Assembly: GCA_049423385.1 (NCBI GenBank)
Contig: JBMSQQ010000063.1
Coordinates: forward strand, 1-20,328
Direction of reading: 5' to 3'
Length of the DNA stretch: 20,328 nt
Origin: Silvanigrellaceae bacterium
GTDB lineage: Bacteria; Bdellovibrionota_B; Oligoflexia; Silvanigrellales; Silvanigrellaceae
The position numbers were made by a program, and so were the translations under genes. How positions within the stretch are numbered: position 1 is the first letter of the stretch; each line of letters opens with the position of its first letter. Under the pieces are notes generated by a model. It ran no database searches. It had not been told where the DNA came from and worked only from the letters and a program-made list of their open reading frames with translations. Below are positions 8,030-16,042 of this stretch, piece by piece.

Positions 8030-9574
8030 ATGAGCTCTCCACGCAAATTGAATCCCGGTCATTCGAAATTCCTGTTGCGGGCCAAGTCATCTGCGCTCGC
8101 CCTGTGTGCCTGTGGATTTGGGCTGACGCAAACCGCCCATGCGGCAACAGCCCAGGTGAATGGAGAAGCTGCGGTGGTTGGCGAGTTTATTTCCAACACG
8201 CCTCCGACAGGTTCCGAATTGAAAGGGCTGCGAGTTCCGCTCGGACTTCGCCTCGAGGGTCGTGCATCCAATTCGGTCAGCGTCTTTCTCGATTTGCGAT
8301 ACAACGCCAACAACTATCCCAACGTGGCCTTTCCCCTCGGGAACATGGAGGGAACTTCAGAGGGTCTGAAGGCGACTGGAAATGATGTGAATCATCCTTT
8401 CACCCGCAATGGTGGGAGAGGTGAAAAGCGGGAGCTGCTGAAGGTCAATCAAGCTTATGTTGAATACATGGCCGATGTGGGCCGGTTTCAGGCTGGCCGA
8501 ATTCCACGTCATTGGGGATTGGGAGTTTGGCTGGACGACACTTGGAAGCCTGAGGGTGGATCCATTTCGACGTCCGATGCGATTTCCTATGCCGTCGATT
8601 TTTCGACCCGTTTGTGGGCCACCGCGTATTGGGAAAAAATATCCGAGGGCAGCTTGAGCTCACGCAGCGACGATGCCGACGCGCTGACGGGTGAGATTTT
8701 GCTTTCCGACGACATGACCGACGGTGGCGCAACGGGCGTGAGTCGCAAATTGGGTATTGCGTTCAGCAAGTATGATCACTCCGATTCATCTACCGAATTG
8801 AAGATTCTCGATATTTTTGGTGAGTTTGCATTTGGACGCCTTGGTCTCGGTGCGGAACTCAATTGGCCTACGGGCAAAACAAGTTCATTCAATTTTGATT
8901 CTTTGGGTGGAGAATCCGCCGTTGCCAATGGCCCAACTTATTCACGTGAGTCACAAACGGTTGAAGGTTTGAATATTCTTGTCCGCGCGGGCTACCAGCT
9001 GGGCGGTGGTGCCGCACCGGGTGATATGACTTCCAAGATATCGCAAACCGAAGCTGCGCGCAGACGCAGGCCAACAAGTCAGGTTGCAGGTTCGCAGATC
9101 ATAAACCTGCTGGGTGGTTTCAGCCGTGGAGATGCAGATGCATTCGCGAATGTGAAAACAAAAGACTCGCGCATCACCGGCGTCCCCATGCATCCAAACG
9201 TCAGGCCAGCATTTCTGATGTTCAATCCACTTTCGCAGGATATTGCCGGCATGCCCGGTACGCTGGTGAGAAACGTCGTTTTTGGAAAAGCTGAATACAG
9301 TTATGAGTCACCCACATTCGGCATGATTGCTCCAGCCGTTGTTTTTGCCCGGCTTGATCAAACAAATTCAAAAACCACTGATGGAACCGCATCTGTTGGT
9401 GGAAATGGAAACCTAGGTTTCGAGGTTGATCTGACCTATTCCTATCGGACCATGGATGGAGTTCGCTTTTCATTGGACGGTGGGCTCTGGGTTCCTGGTG
9501 GCGCCTGGGAGACCTCCGGTGTGAAGCCGGAAACTGTTTATGGATTGCGCGCTACTGCTGCAACTTATTTTTGA
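8030..9574 (+). CDS. Putative outer-membrane beta-barrel protein of unknown function
   Basis: Signal peptide ending AHA|A, alternating amphipathic strands (VNQAYVEY, LGFEVDLTYSY), GRIPRHWGLG motif, C-terminal beta-signal ending ...YGLRATAATYF. GAGGA SD upstream; 514 aa. Confidence 0.75.
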   Translation: MSSPRKLNPGHSKFLLRAKSSALALCACGFGLTQTAHAATAQVNGEAAVVGEFISNTPPTGSELKGLRVPLGLRLEGRASNSVSVFLDLRYNANNYPNVAFPLGNMEGTSEGLKATGNDVNHPFTRNGGRGEKRELLKVNQAYVEYMADVGRFQAGRIPRHWGLGVWLDDTWKPEGGSISTSDAISYAVDFSTRLWATAYWEKISEGSLSSRSDDADALTGEILLSDDMTDGGATGVSRKLGIAFSKYDHSDSSTELKILDIFGEFAFGRLGLGAELNWPTGKTSSFNFDSLGGESAVANGPTYSRESQTVEGLNILVRAGYQLGGGAAPGDMTSKISQTEAARRRRPTSQVAGSQIINLLGGFSRGDADAFANVKTKDSRITGVPMHPNVRPAFLMFNPLSQDIAGMPGTLVRNVVFGKAEYSYESPTFGMIAPAVVFARLDQTNSKTTDGTASVGGNGNLGFEVDLTYSYRTMDGVRFSLDGGLWVPGGAWETSGVKPETVYGLRATAATYF

Positions 9575-9582
9575 AGAGGAAA

Positions 9583-10689
9583 TCAAAGACCACGGATGAA
9601 GTTTGAAGGGTCAACCCTTCGTCCACCCACTTCCACTTCATAATGGAGGTGTGGCCCCGTGGTTCTTCCTGTGGCACCCACGAGTCCAATCAAATCACCT
9701 TTCGAAACCCGCGTTCCCGTCTTGACGAGGAGTCTGGATGCGTGCGCGTAACGGGTAGTCACGCCGAATCCATGCGCAATTTCGATGAAGTTTCCATAGT
9801 CGTCGGCTGTTCCCGCGCGAATGACGGTTCCATTTGCAGCTGCGCGAATTGGCGAGCCCATGGGAGCTGCGATGTCGACACCCTGATGCATTTTGGCTTC
9901 ACCTGTGAAGGGGCTTGAGCGCTTCCCATAGAATGACGTGACGAAGCCTTGCACCGGAGAGATGGTTGGAGTTTGTGACAACCTGACGCGATAACCTTGC
10001 AGTTCCTTGAGAAGAGTGCTGAGTCCCTGGAGTTGTGTTGAGCTTTTGTCTCGAATGTCGGTGAGTGCAGCAAACAAGTCGCGGAACTCCAGATTGTCTG
10101 TATTGACGTTGCTACCCACAGCCTGGGTTGGGAAGTCGATTTTCGTGTCGTCCTGGTTCTGATTGTCCCTTGCAGCCGCGTTGGGTTTCAGGACAACCGA
10201 GTTTTCCGAAGGATTTGCGAGGTCATTCTTGATTCTTGATTTTGCGCGGAAATTGAGCCCTGAAACGCCCAGCTTTTTTTTTTCGGCGCGTGGATCAAGG
10301 CTGGCGGCCTCTTGGCGTACCTGATCCGAAATGTGATCCACCTGAACCAGGTTCGTTTTGACTTCCTGGAGTTTGGAAATGAGTGCTGCGGCTTCCGAAC
10401 GGATGGCGACATTTTCTGCCCGAAGTTTTTCGTACTCGCCTTGCAGCGCGGCCATCTTCACAAGGTTTGCCGACAATGCGCTCACCAGGCCGATCATGGC
10501 AAAAAACAAGACCAATCCGACGTGAAGAAAAACTTTCGGAACCCGAAATCGTCGGGAAGTTGCACTTTCATTGGGAATGTAAATGAACGTCACGCACGCC
10601 AAGCGCGCAAACCAACCCGACTTGCCAACATTGACTTGCGGTGGCTTTGATACGTGCGGCTTTTGGCTGTGCATCAAACGTCCGGACAC
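9583..10689 (-). CDS. M23 family metallo-endopeptidase (peptidoglycan DD-endopeptidase-like) with N-terminal TM and coiled coil
   Basis: HQGVD (HxxxD), TRYAHAS, GRTTGPHLHYEV (HxH); TM segment VFLHVGLVLFFAMIGLVSAL followed by heptad repeats. GTG start with GGAGAGGAG SD. Confidence 0.93.
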   Translation of the reverse strand: MSGRLMHSQKPHVSKPPQVNVGKSGWFARLACVTFIYIPNESATSRRFRVPKVFLHVGLVLFFAMIGLVSALSANLVKMAALQGEYEKLRAENVAIRSEAAALISKLQEVKTNLVQVDHISDQVRQEAASLDPRAEKKKLGVSGLNFRAKSRIKNDLANPSENSVVLKPNAAARDNQNQDDTKIDFPTQAVGSNVNTDNLEFRDLFAALTDIRDKSSTQLQGLSTLLKELQGYRVRLSQTPTISPVQGFVTSFYGKRSSPFTGEAKMHQGVDIAAPMGSPIRAAANGTVIRAGTADDYGNFIEIAHGFGVTTRYAHASRLLVKTGTRVSKGDLIGLVGATGRTTGPHLHYEVEVGGRRVDPSNFIRGL

Positions 10690-10719
10690 TTGAGGACTCC
10701 TCTCCCATTGACTGATAAG

Positions 10720-10747
10720 CGATCGGACGGCTCACTCATGAACTTGA
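10720..10747 (-). promoter_or_regulatory. Candidate sigma-28 (FliA)-type promoter for the M23 gene
   Basis: Minus strand TCAA(GTT)-N16 counted from TCAA-TCCGAT resembles the TAAA-N15/16-GCCGATAA consensus; about 30 nt upstream of the start codon. Confidence 0.4.
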
Positions 10748-10801
10748 ATTCAACCTTTGACCCAAACGTCAAAAACACTGCATGAACCAATACTTATGCC
10801 G

Positions 10802-11632
10802 CTAAGTGTCCAGTGATATTAGAATAACTGTAATGTTGTCCTCGCCGCCACGCTCTTTTGCGAGTTCAATCATGTGCTCGCAAACCCACTGCATGTCGTC
10901 TTCCATCATCAGGTCAACGATTTCCTTTTCGGTGATCTTATTCGAGAGACCATCGCTGCAGATCAGGAAGCGATCGCCTCGATAAGGATAGAAACTGAAG
11001 ACATCGACCTCTTCATCCTCTTGATACCCGACGCAGCGGGTAATGACGCTTTTCATTTGCGATGCGACGCTGGAATCTGCAGAAATAACGCCAGCTTTGA
11101 TTTTTTCCTGATAAAGGCTGTGGTCGTTGGTCAATTGGTAGAGAAGCCCAGCCCTCAACATGTAGCACCGGCTATCACCCACATGGGCTACGACTGCTTT
11201 GGAGCAACCGAGCTTCAACTGGGTCGAATCTGAGCGTACTGGCAACCAAAGCACCGTGGCAGTTGTACCCATGCCACGCAGGTGGGGCATTTCGAGCGAT
11301 CTCGAAAAAATGTTGAGGCTTGCTGTGTTGATGGACTGTTTGAGGATTGTTTCCCGGGTGAGTTGGTCCGAACAGAACAGGTCCCGGAAACGGGCACTGA
11401 CTTCTGCTTCGAGGGTTTCCACGGCCAACCTGCTTGCGATTTCACCACCGGCCCGGCCACCCATGCCGTCTGCGACCATGAAGAGTCCAGAGTTGGGCGC
11501 GGCAAGATAGGAGTCCTGGTTGTTTTCCCTGACAACTCCAACGTCGCTCTGCAATGTGTGGCGCAAGAGACTCCCATTCCAGGAGTTCAATGATGGTTTG
11601 CTCGAAGCGTGTGGTTGACTTCGCAGGCCCAT
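10802..11632 (-). CDS. PP2C/PPM-family Ser/Thr protein phosphatase (Stp1/PrpC-like)
   Basis: SDVG..RENNQD, VADGMGG, GMGTT, AHVGDSRCY, DHS, CSDGL, GGEDNITV: all PPM metal-binding motifs present; 276 aa. Confidence 0.95.
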   Translation of the reverse strand: MGLRSQPHASSKPSLNSWNGSLLRHTLQSDVGVVRENNQDSYLAAPNSGLFMVADGMGGRAGGEIASRLAVETLEAEVSARFRDLFCSDQLTRETILKQSINTASLNIFSRSLEMPHLRGMGTTATVLWLPVRSDSTQLKLGCSKAVVAHVGDSRCYMLRAGLLYQLTNDHSLYQEKIKAGVISADSSVASQMKSVITRCVGYQEDEEVDVFSFYPYRGDRFLICSDGLSNKITEKEIVDLMMEDDMQWVCEHMIELAKERGGEDNITVILISLDT

Positions 11633-11806
11633 GTGGTTCCCTTTCCTGGCAACATTGCCGCAAGTGCAGTGTGTCTAAATGCTTCAGGAATGAGCAGTGC
11701 GTGGGTCGCCTCATGTCAATTTTGACGCACTGCAGATTTACACCGCGGGATATCGACGGCTTCCAGACGAAACGAAGAACGGAAAGGTAAGTGAAGATTT
11801 GGCAAG

Positions 11807-11883
11807 TGGCCTGGTCGGCAGGATTCGAACCTGCGACCATCGGATTAGAAATCCGATGCTCTATCCAGCTGAGCTACGACCAG
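11807..11883 (-). tRNA. tRNA-Arg, anticodon UCU, CCA encoded
   Basis: Reverse complement folds to a 77-nt cloverleaf: acceptor CTGGTCG/CGACCAG, D arm GCTC/GAGC with the A20 Arg identity element, anticodon arm TCGGA-TTTCTAA-TCCGA, T arm GCAGG-TTCGAAT-CCTGC, discriminator G, CCA. Confidence 0.97.
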
Positions 11884-11938
11884 ACACTTCAGACTTACCA
11901 CACCGAGCTTGTGTTGCAAGTGACGAGGTCGTTTTGGG

Positions 11939-13696
11939 ATGAGTGGTGCCCGGATTGTAGACATCATCAAGAGGTCCAATCTTGTGAGTCAGGCCGACCT
12001 GACTCGGGCCATAGAGTTTTCCAACCGCGACAGCCTCCCTTTGCCACTGTTTTTGCTGCGAAACAAAATGGTGGCCGAAGACCAGCTGATGCGGGTTTTG
12101 TCGGAAGGCCTCGGGGGACTCGAGGTCGTATATCCCGACAAACTCGAAATCGATCCATCGATTTTGGCCAGTGTTCCAAAGGATATGGTGCTGCAGCATC
12201 GAGTCATTCCCATCAACCGCATCACAAACAACTTGATTCTGGCGGTTGGCGACCCGACCAACCTTGGTCTTTTTGATGCAATTTCGGCTAAATTGGGCGT
12301 GAAACTGCGACTCAAGCTCGCAAGCGATTTGTCTATCCAAAACGCGTTGAACCGCTACTACGGTGCGAGTGAGGAAGCTGCAAAAATTGCAGCCCAGCAA
12401 AAATCATCCCAGAACCAGCGCCCCACGTCTCGTTCCGCAACGATCAGCGCTTCAGGTGGGGGTGGTGGAAATGAGACAGGCGAAAGCTATGTCATTTCCT
12501 ACATTGAGAAGCTGATGTTGACTGCTGCCCAACGACTCGCCAGCGACATTCATATTGAGCCTTTTGAGGCGAGCGTGCGAATTCGCTTGCGAGTCGACGG
12601 TTCGCTTCTGGAGTACAAACCTGCTCCACGCTTTGAGTTCCGCGATGCGATTCTTTCGCGAGTCAAACTGATTTCCGGCCTGGATATTTTTGAAAAGCGG
12701 TTGCCTCAGGATGGCAACACCAAACTCGACATTCCTGGACTCGGCAAAATGGATTTCCGTGTGAGCAGTTTGCCTTCCGTTTGGGGCGAGAAAATTGTTT
12801 TGCGCTTGTTGGACAAAAGCAACCTTCAACTCGACATGACCCAGTTGGGTTTCGACAGCGAACAACTGGAACAATTCAAGGATTGCATCCTGAAACCGTT
12901 TGGAATGGTGATTGTCACTGGACCAACCGGCTCTGGAAAAACAACAACATTGTATTCAGCGCTAAATGAATTGAACAGAATCAGCGACAATGTGGTCACT
13001 GCCGAGGATCCGGTGGAGTTCACCATTCCGGGAATCTGTCAGGTGAACGTCAAGCCTGACATTGAATTCACGTTCTCAAAAGCGCTGAAAGCATTTCTTC
13101 GACAAGATCCTGATGTGATCATGGTTGGTGAGATTCGCGATCTCGAAACTGGCGAAATTGCCATGAAGGCAGCGCTCACGGGACATATCGTGTTGTCCAC
13201 CCTGCACACCAACAACGCAGCGGAAAGTATCGAACGATTGCGCAACATGGGAATTGACCGTTTCACCATCGTTTCGGCGTTGAACTGTGTGGTTGCCCAA
13301 CGCCTGGTCAGAAAAATTTGCAAAGAGTGCAAAATCGAAGACGACGTTCCTGCCGAGAAGCAAATTGCACTTGGATTGCCTGAAAAATACGTCGGAAAAT
13401 TCAAGATATATCGCGGAGCAGGGTGCGAAGCCTGCAACAACACCGGCTATAAGGGACGAGCTGCAATTTACGAAGTGCTGGTTGTGAACGAGCCCGTCAA
13501 ACGTGCCATTGTGGAAAACATGACGGCGCTCGATCTCAAGCGGATTGCCATGGCCAACGGAATGCAGACGTTGCGGCAAAGCGCCTGGAAGAAAGTATAT
13601 CGTGGAGTTTCGACCATAGATGAACTTATTGAAGCGAGCGGTTCGGATGAAGACACACTGCAAACCAATCGGCCAGAAAATTTGAGGAGTGCGTGA
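11939..13696 (+). CDS. pilB: Type IV pilus assembly ATPase PilB (GspE/PulE family)
   Basis: ASDIHIEP, LDIFEKRLPQDG, Walker A GPTGSGKTT, EDPVE, LRQDPDVIMVGEIRD, His box GHIVLSTLH, Zn motif CKEC...CEAC, GYKGR; upstream of pilT and pilC. Confidence 0.95.
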   Translation: MSGARIVDIIKRSNLVSQADLTRAIEFSNRDSLPLPLFLLRNKMVAEDQLMRVLSEGLGGLEVVYPDKLEIDPSILASVPKDMVLQHRVIPINRITNNLILAVGDPTNLGLFDAISAKLGVKLRLKLASDLSIQNALNRYYGASEEAAKIAAQQKSSQNQRPTSRSATISASGGGGGNETGESYVISYIEKLMLTAAQRLASDIHIEPFEASVRIRLRVDGSLLEYKPAPRFEFRDAILSRVKLISGLDIFEKRLPQDGNTKLDIPGLGKMDFRVSSLPSVWGEKIVLRLLDKSNLQLDMTQLGFDSEQLEQFKDCILKPFGMVIVTGPTGSGKTTTLYSALNELNRISDNVVTAEDPVEFTIPGICQVNVKPDIEFTFSKALKAFLRQDPDVIMVGEIRDLETGEIAMKAALTGHIVLSTLHTNNAAESIERLRNMGIDRFTIVSALNCVVAQRLVRKICKECKIEDDVPAEKQIALGLPEKYVGKFKIYRGAGCEACNNTGYKGRAAIYEVLVVNEPVKRAIVENMTALDLKRIAMANGMQTLRQSAWKKVYRGVSTIDELIEASGSDEDTLQTNRPENLRSA

Positions 13697-13697
13697 C

Positions 13698-14786
13698 ATG
13701 GCAACCCGCATCACCTTGCAGCAGCTCTTGAAAACCCAGGCGGAACAGAATGCATCCGACTTGCACATCAGCGTCGGAACTCCTCCCCAGTTGCGAATTC
13801 ATGGTGATTTGTGTCCTGTGAAGGTGGATCCTCTGACGGCAGCCGATACCGAAGCACTTTGCTATTCGGTTCTGACAGAAGAACAAAGAAGAATTTTCGA
13901 GGAAGGTCGGGAAATCGACCTCTCTTTCAGCGTCAAGGGCGTTGCGCGATTTCGTGCCAACATCTTCAGGCAGAAAGCGGCAGTGGGTGGCGTTTTTCGT
14001 CTTATTCCGCACCAAATCCGAACTTTCGAGGAATTGAATTTGCCGCAGGTCGTGTCGGGACTGTGCGACTTGAGTCGTGGTCTCGTTCTGGTCACCGGAG
14101 CAACAGGCAGCGGTAAGTCGACAACCTTGGCGGCCATGATCGACAAGATCAACCGTGAGGTTCCGGGTCACATCCTCACTCTTGAAGACCCGATCGAATT
14201 CTCTCACGAACACAAGAGATGTGTTGTGAACCAGCGGGAAGTTGGTGCAGATACTCATTCCATAACGCGAGCCCTGAAGAGCTCGTTGCGCCAGGACCCG
14301 GATGTTGTTCTCATTGGTGAAATGCGCGACTACGAAACGATCTCGGCTGCACTGACCATCGCGGAAACGGGTCACCTGGTGTTTGCAACCCTGCACACCA
14401 ACTCCGCAGTCTCCACAATCAATCGTATTATCGACGTTTTTCCTGCGCATCAACACAACCAGGTGCGAACCCAGTTGTCCACAACTTTGCAGGGAGTCTT
14501 GAGTCAGCAACTCCTGCCCTGCACCACGGGTGGTCGGGCACTTGCATTGGAAGTGATGATTCCAAACGCCGCGATTCGAAGCCAAATTCGCGAAGACAAA
14601 ATTCACATGGTTTATCAGAGCATGCAGATGGGGGCGGACAAAACTGGAATGCAGACGTTGAACCAGAATCTGGTCAACATGGTCCAGAAGAGGGCGATCT
14701 CCGTGGATACAGCGATGAACGCTGCTTATGACCCGGAGGAATTGAAAAGTTTGCTGTCCCGGGTTGGCCTTGGGAAAGTTGGTTGA
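13698..14786 (+). CDS. pilT: Type IV pilus retraction ATPase PilT
   Basis: ASDLHIS, RFRANIF, GATGSGKST, EDPIEF, QREVG, LRQDPDVVLIGEMRD, ETGHLVFATLH, AIRSQIRE (AIRNLIRE-like), GMQT. ATG 13698 with GAGGAG SD. Confidence 0.96.
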   Translation: MATRITLQQLLKTQAEQNASDLHISVGTPPQLRIHGDLCPVKVDPLTAADTEALCYSVLTEEQRRIFEEGREIDLSFSVKGVARFRANIFRQKAAVGGVFRLIPHQIRTFEELNLPQVVSGLCDLSRGLVLVTGATGSGKSTTLAAMIDKINREVPGHILTLEDPIEFSHEHKRCVVNQREVGADTHSITRALKSSLRQDPDVVLIGEMRDYETISAALTIAETGHLVFATLHTNSAVSTINRIIDVFPAHQHNQVRTQLSTTLQGVLSQQLLPCTTGGRALALEVMIPNAAIRSQIREDKIHMVYQSMQMGADKTGMQTLNQNLVNMVQKRAISVDTAMNAAYDPEELKSLLSRVGLGKVG

Positions 14787-14812
14787 ATCGATGAGACGGG
14801 TGGGTGATATTC

Positions 14813-16042
14813 ATGCCAGTGTTTGAGTACGATGGCCGGGATCGCGCAGGTCGTCGCCAACAAGGTCGCCTGGAAGCCAGAAATGCTCTGGAAGCCAAGC
14901 AACTTCTCAAATTCATGGGATTGGGCCCCAATAGCTTGAAAACCGGTGGATCATTGAGCCTTGAACTCAAGATGCCACCCCAAATCCAGAAGTTTTTCGA
15001 TCAGCGTGGCGTGGGTGACAAGGATCTGGTGACCTTCACGAAACAATTGTCTGTCATGATTGACGCTGGCGTTTCTGTCATCAAGGGATTGGAAATCCTC
15101 GAGCAGCAAGCAGAAAATCCTGTGATGAAAAGAGCCATCTCGGAGGTGCGTGCCAAGGTGGAGCGTGGACAGGAGCTGGGCGATGCAATGGCCAGCATAC
15201 CATCTGTCTTCGACAATCTTTATTGTTCGTTGGTGCGCGCCGGCAGCAGTTCGGGACAATTGGATGTCATTCTCAGGCGACTGAGCACCTATATCGAAAA
15301 GAATGCCAAGTTGAAGAGGCAATTGTTTGGAGCAATGTTTTATCCCACGATTATCATTCTCCTGGCAGTCATTTTGACTGGTTTCATGTTGCTGGTCGTC
15401 GTTCCGATGCTGGCCTCAACATTCATTGAAGGTGGCAAAGAGCTTCCGGGACTGACGTTGTTTGTGGTCGAAACGAGCAATTTTTTGCGCGACAATTTTC
15501 TCTACATCATGTTCGCGATCGGAATTGCAATTTACGTCTTCCGGAATTGGATTAAAACTCCAGCGGGAAGACTTCAGTGGGACTCAATTCTGTTGCAGAT
15601 TCCCCTGATAGGAACGCTGGTGAAGAAAATCAGCATCGCGCGCTTTGCCAGCACGACAGCCACGCTTGTTGCATCGGGCATCGGCATCACCGATGTGCTT
15701 CAAACAGCCTCGGCAGTGCTGGGCAACAAGGTTCTTGAAAAAGGAATCTTGCGGGTTCGGGACGCGGTGATCCAAGGCAAGGGCATGGGTGGACCCATGG
15801 CCGAAGAACGATTCATTCCGCAAATGGTATCGAGCATGGTGAGCATTGGTGAAGCCTCGGGGCGACTGGATGTGATGCTACAGAAGGTGTCCGATTTTTA
15901 TGAAGAGGAAGTTGATGTCGCCATGGCGGCAGCACTCAAGGCCATTGAGCCGATCTTGTTTGTCGTGATTGGTGGCATTGTCGGGGTCATTTTGATCGCG
16001 ATGTACTTGCCGGTGTTTGACCTGGCTTCGGTCGGCGGGTGA
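14813..16042 (+). CDS. pilC: Type IV pilus platform protein PilC (GspF family)
   Basis: FTKQLSVMIDAGV, FDNLYCSLVRAG..SGQLD, AMFYP, IGEASGRLD, EPILFVVIGGIVG..LIAMYLPVF. ATG 14813 (MPVFEY). Confidence 0.95.
   Translation: MPVFEYDGRDRAGRRQQGRLEARNALEAKQLLKFMGLGPNSLKTGGSLSLELKMPPQIQKFFDQRGVGDKDLVTFTKQLSVMIDAGVSVIKGLEILEQQAENPVMKRAISEVRAKVERGQELGDAMASIPSVFDNLYCSLVRAGSSSGQLDVILRRLSTYIEKNAKLKRQLFGAMFYPTIIILLAVILTGFMLLVVVPMLASTFIEGGKELPGLTLFVVETSNFLRDNFLYIMFAIGIAIYVFRNWIKTPAGRLQWDSILLQIPLIGTLVKKISIARFASTTATLVASGIGITDVLQTASAVLGNKVLEKGILRVRDAVIQGKGMGGPMAEERFIPQMVSSMVSIGEASGRLDVMLQKVSDFYEEEVDVAMAAALKAIEPILFVVIGGIVGVILIAMYLPVFDLASVGG

Noticed and set aside
11647..11662. TGGCAA-CATTG-CCGCA as a sigma-54 promoter for pilB
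   Set aside because: GG-N10-GC spacing is right, but TTGC is missing, it lies about 290 nt upstream across the tRNA, and it is explained by a short palindrome.
13076..14606. 230-aa and 326-aa minus-strand ORFs
   Set aside because: Antisense shadows of pilB and pilT.
11807..16042. Genomic island integrated at tRNA-Arg
   Set aside because: No integrase, no duplicated tRNA 3' end seen, no obvious compositional shift, and the flanking genes are core functions.
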